Below, one piece after another: positions 61,728-64,000 of a stretch of 64,000 nucleotides of DNA (position 1 is the first letter of the stretch; the number at the start of each line of letters is the position of its first letter). The translations under genes and the position numbers were made by a program. This stretch comes from Octopus sinensis (taxonomy: Eukaryota): NCBI RefSeq assembly GCF_006345805.1, contig NC_042999.1, positions 144,646,001-144,710,000 of the forward strand. Reading direction: 5' to 3'. The notes beneath the pieces were generated by a model that did not search any database, had not been told where the DNA came from, and was given only the letters and a program-made list of their open reading frames with translations.

Positions 61728-64000
61728 AACAATCATATTTCAGCATTTATTTAAAGTCCACATACAATTCTGTATCAATCTATATTTTAAAAGTTATCAT
61801 AATCCATTGTTGATTCAACATGTCAGTTCAACATTTACTTAACACTGAAATGCCAGCTGAACTAACAGTGTTTTCTACAAGCAAGCAAAAGCATGTGCAA
61901 CTCTGTGTAATTTGTATATCTCATTTCAGTTGCTAGCAAATACAGAAGTGATATATTGATGCGTCAGAGAAGAAATAAAAGTCTTTCTCTCAAACAGAAC
62001 CCTCAAAGTCATCAGAAATAATACAAAAAGATTAGCACAAAATGCTAATTTCTACTTCATCAAACAATATATAACTCTTGTTTTGTTTCTAATTAAATTC
62101 ATGTTCATACTGACTCTCAATATTCCACTGATACTAGTGATAATCCTTATTTCATTTACACCTATACGTTTGATAAATGAAACTTTATGAACTTGCTTTT
62201 ACTGGCCTAACTTCTATTTCCAACTCATGATGCTTTTTTTTTAAAATCCTCCAGCCAATTATACTATATATCATACTTTTTTTTTTATTTACAGTAGCTA
62301 ATGTCTTAACTCACTTTCTTCATTTCACTATACCTTCTTGTTATCAAATCTTGAACCACCAATAAATGGTATTTGTACCTCTTAGATCAGATGTAATATA
62401 ATGGGATTTCTTCAGCCTTTTCATACTCATAGAATCTCTTAGACTAGGAGAAAAGTTTTAGGGAAATTTCAGATTATTTTCAAATGATATTTGTAAAGCA
62501 AATAATATAGCCATAATGCAAATAAACATTAAAATAACATTGTGTCAGCCTAAACTAGTTATTATTTTTTACAATAATAGATTAAAAATGCAACTTCATA
62601 ACTAAGACTTAGATGAGCCTGTTTCTGCTCCTTGGTATTTCGATGTATATTTATCAGACAAATGTTAAAAACTGAATCCTTTGTATTTTAACTTACAGAA
62701 ATTAATTTTGTTACTTTGATAAATATCTACTAAGGTTTTATAATAAAAAGACTCATTAACATCCTTATATATATAGTCACTATAGAATTTTAGTGCCTTT
62801 TGGTGCACTCAAGTGTGTTAATTTTACTTTAGAATTAGAAACCAGTTACATTGATACCATTTCTACAGATTATAAAAACACACACTTTGGTGAAAACTAT
62901 CTTCAACTGGTGCCGTTCCTCCATTAGCTCGCAGTAGCCTATAGAACTTATTTTCACATAGTTTGTCCATCCATGATTCATTGGTAAGTCTCGGGTAATT
63001 TTTGATGGCACCACTGAATTGTCAACTTGTTGTTGATCAATGCTGCCACATTCATCTTTCAGCTGTAACCCTGGATATAAGACCCTTGTTGTGTCATTAG
63101 AAAATAGTTCATCATCAATATTCTTGACACCCAAAACCAACCTACCTATATCTATCTATCTTTCTGTTTGTCTATATAAATATATGTATATGTATGTGTG
63201 TATATAACGTATATGTATGTATGTATGTATGTGTATATCAGGCATCTGCCATCAGTAATTACTCAGGGTAGGCAGTTGGCGACCTTTATGTAGTAAAACA
63301 CACAAAAAGTAAGTGAAATACAGGTGCATGGCTGAGTTGAGGCAGATCTATTTCTACCTTTATAGCACATAAAGGAAACAGTGTTGTAGAAATGTACACA
63401 GCATGTGTACTACAGTACTATGTGTAGCTTAAATACTGAGATTAAAAAGCAGGGGCAAATTATGCCTACTTAATCTATAAAAAAAATAAAACATTTTGAA
63501 TTTTATGCATAGTAATCATAGTAATCATAATTTTATTGAATTCGGTGCATATTTTGCCATGAGAGCAAAATGTTGCTATTGATCTATTTTATTCAAAGTA
63601 CCTTGCTTACCTAGGCAGCATGTTCCTGGTGTATATATATGTTCACACACACACACATACACAAACACACATGCACACACACATACATGTATGTATGCAA
63701 GCACACACACACACTCTCTCTGTGTATATTATATATATTGGCAGAGATATGGACAAGGTAATCAGAGTAGTTAGAGCATGTGGTAGGATAATTAAGCTTA
63801 GGCTAGTCTTAGAAAATATGACAGCAACTCATATCTCTGCCTCTGCTCAGCAATCAGAACTGATGGATGAACATAGGGACCATTTTTCCAATGCTGTTTT
63901 GCAGATTACCTTAATAATGAATAACAATAACATTATCATTATGGCTGGTGTCTTCAGCAGATATGTTGGGTAGCATCTTGTGGATGGAAGTTATGGATTT

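Noticed and set aside
62835-63140. 101-codon - strand ORF as a third gene
   Set aside because: No ATG start, purine-rich upstream acceptor region and no recognisable homology; a few ORFs this long are expected by chance in 64 kb
63620-63973. 117-codon + strand ORF
   Set aside because: The N-terminal half is CA-microsatellite translation; no supporting splice chain in the window

Overview
AT-rich, repeat-dense eukaryotic genomic DNA. The retroposon and MITE repertoire points to an octopus (inference from recalled repeat families, not a database search). Two convergent multi-exon genes can be rebuilt exon by exon with consistent splice phases. NUDCD3 is on the + strand (7 coding exons, 2965-19675; exon 1 lies upstream of the window). 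FAM185A is on the - strand (8 exons, 49636-40287); it has a GC-AG intron and an unresolved first exon at a CpG-rich promoter. Between them is an orphan 197-codon ORF (- strand, 29310-28717) with a splice acceptor, a candidate upstream 38-nt exon and a polyA signal. The rest is a mosaic of decayed mobile DNA: RTE LINEs (a long-3'UTR family and BovB-like lineages), a CR1 fragment, an R4/Dong-like fragment, a Penelope-like element, mariner and Tigger transposons, piggyBac-type and Merlin-type MITEs, a ~1.3-kb foldback element, and at least three tRNA-derived SINE families whose heads, cores and LINE-derived tails are combined modularly. No rRNA, true tRNA or CRISPR features were found. No clearly new biological system is proven; the best leads are the orphan gene, the FAM185A 5' end, and the inverted-repeat/dsRNA architecture.
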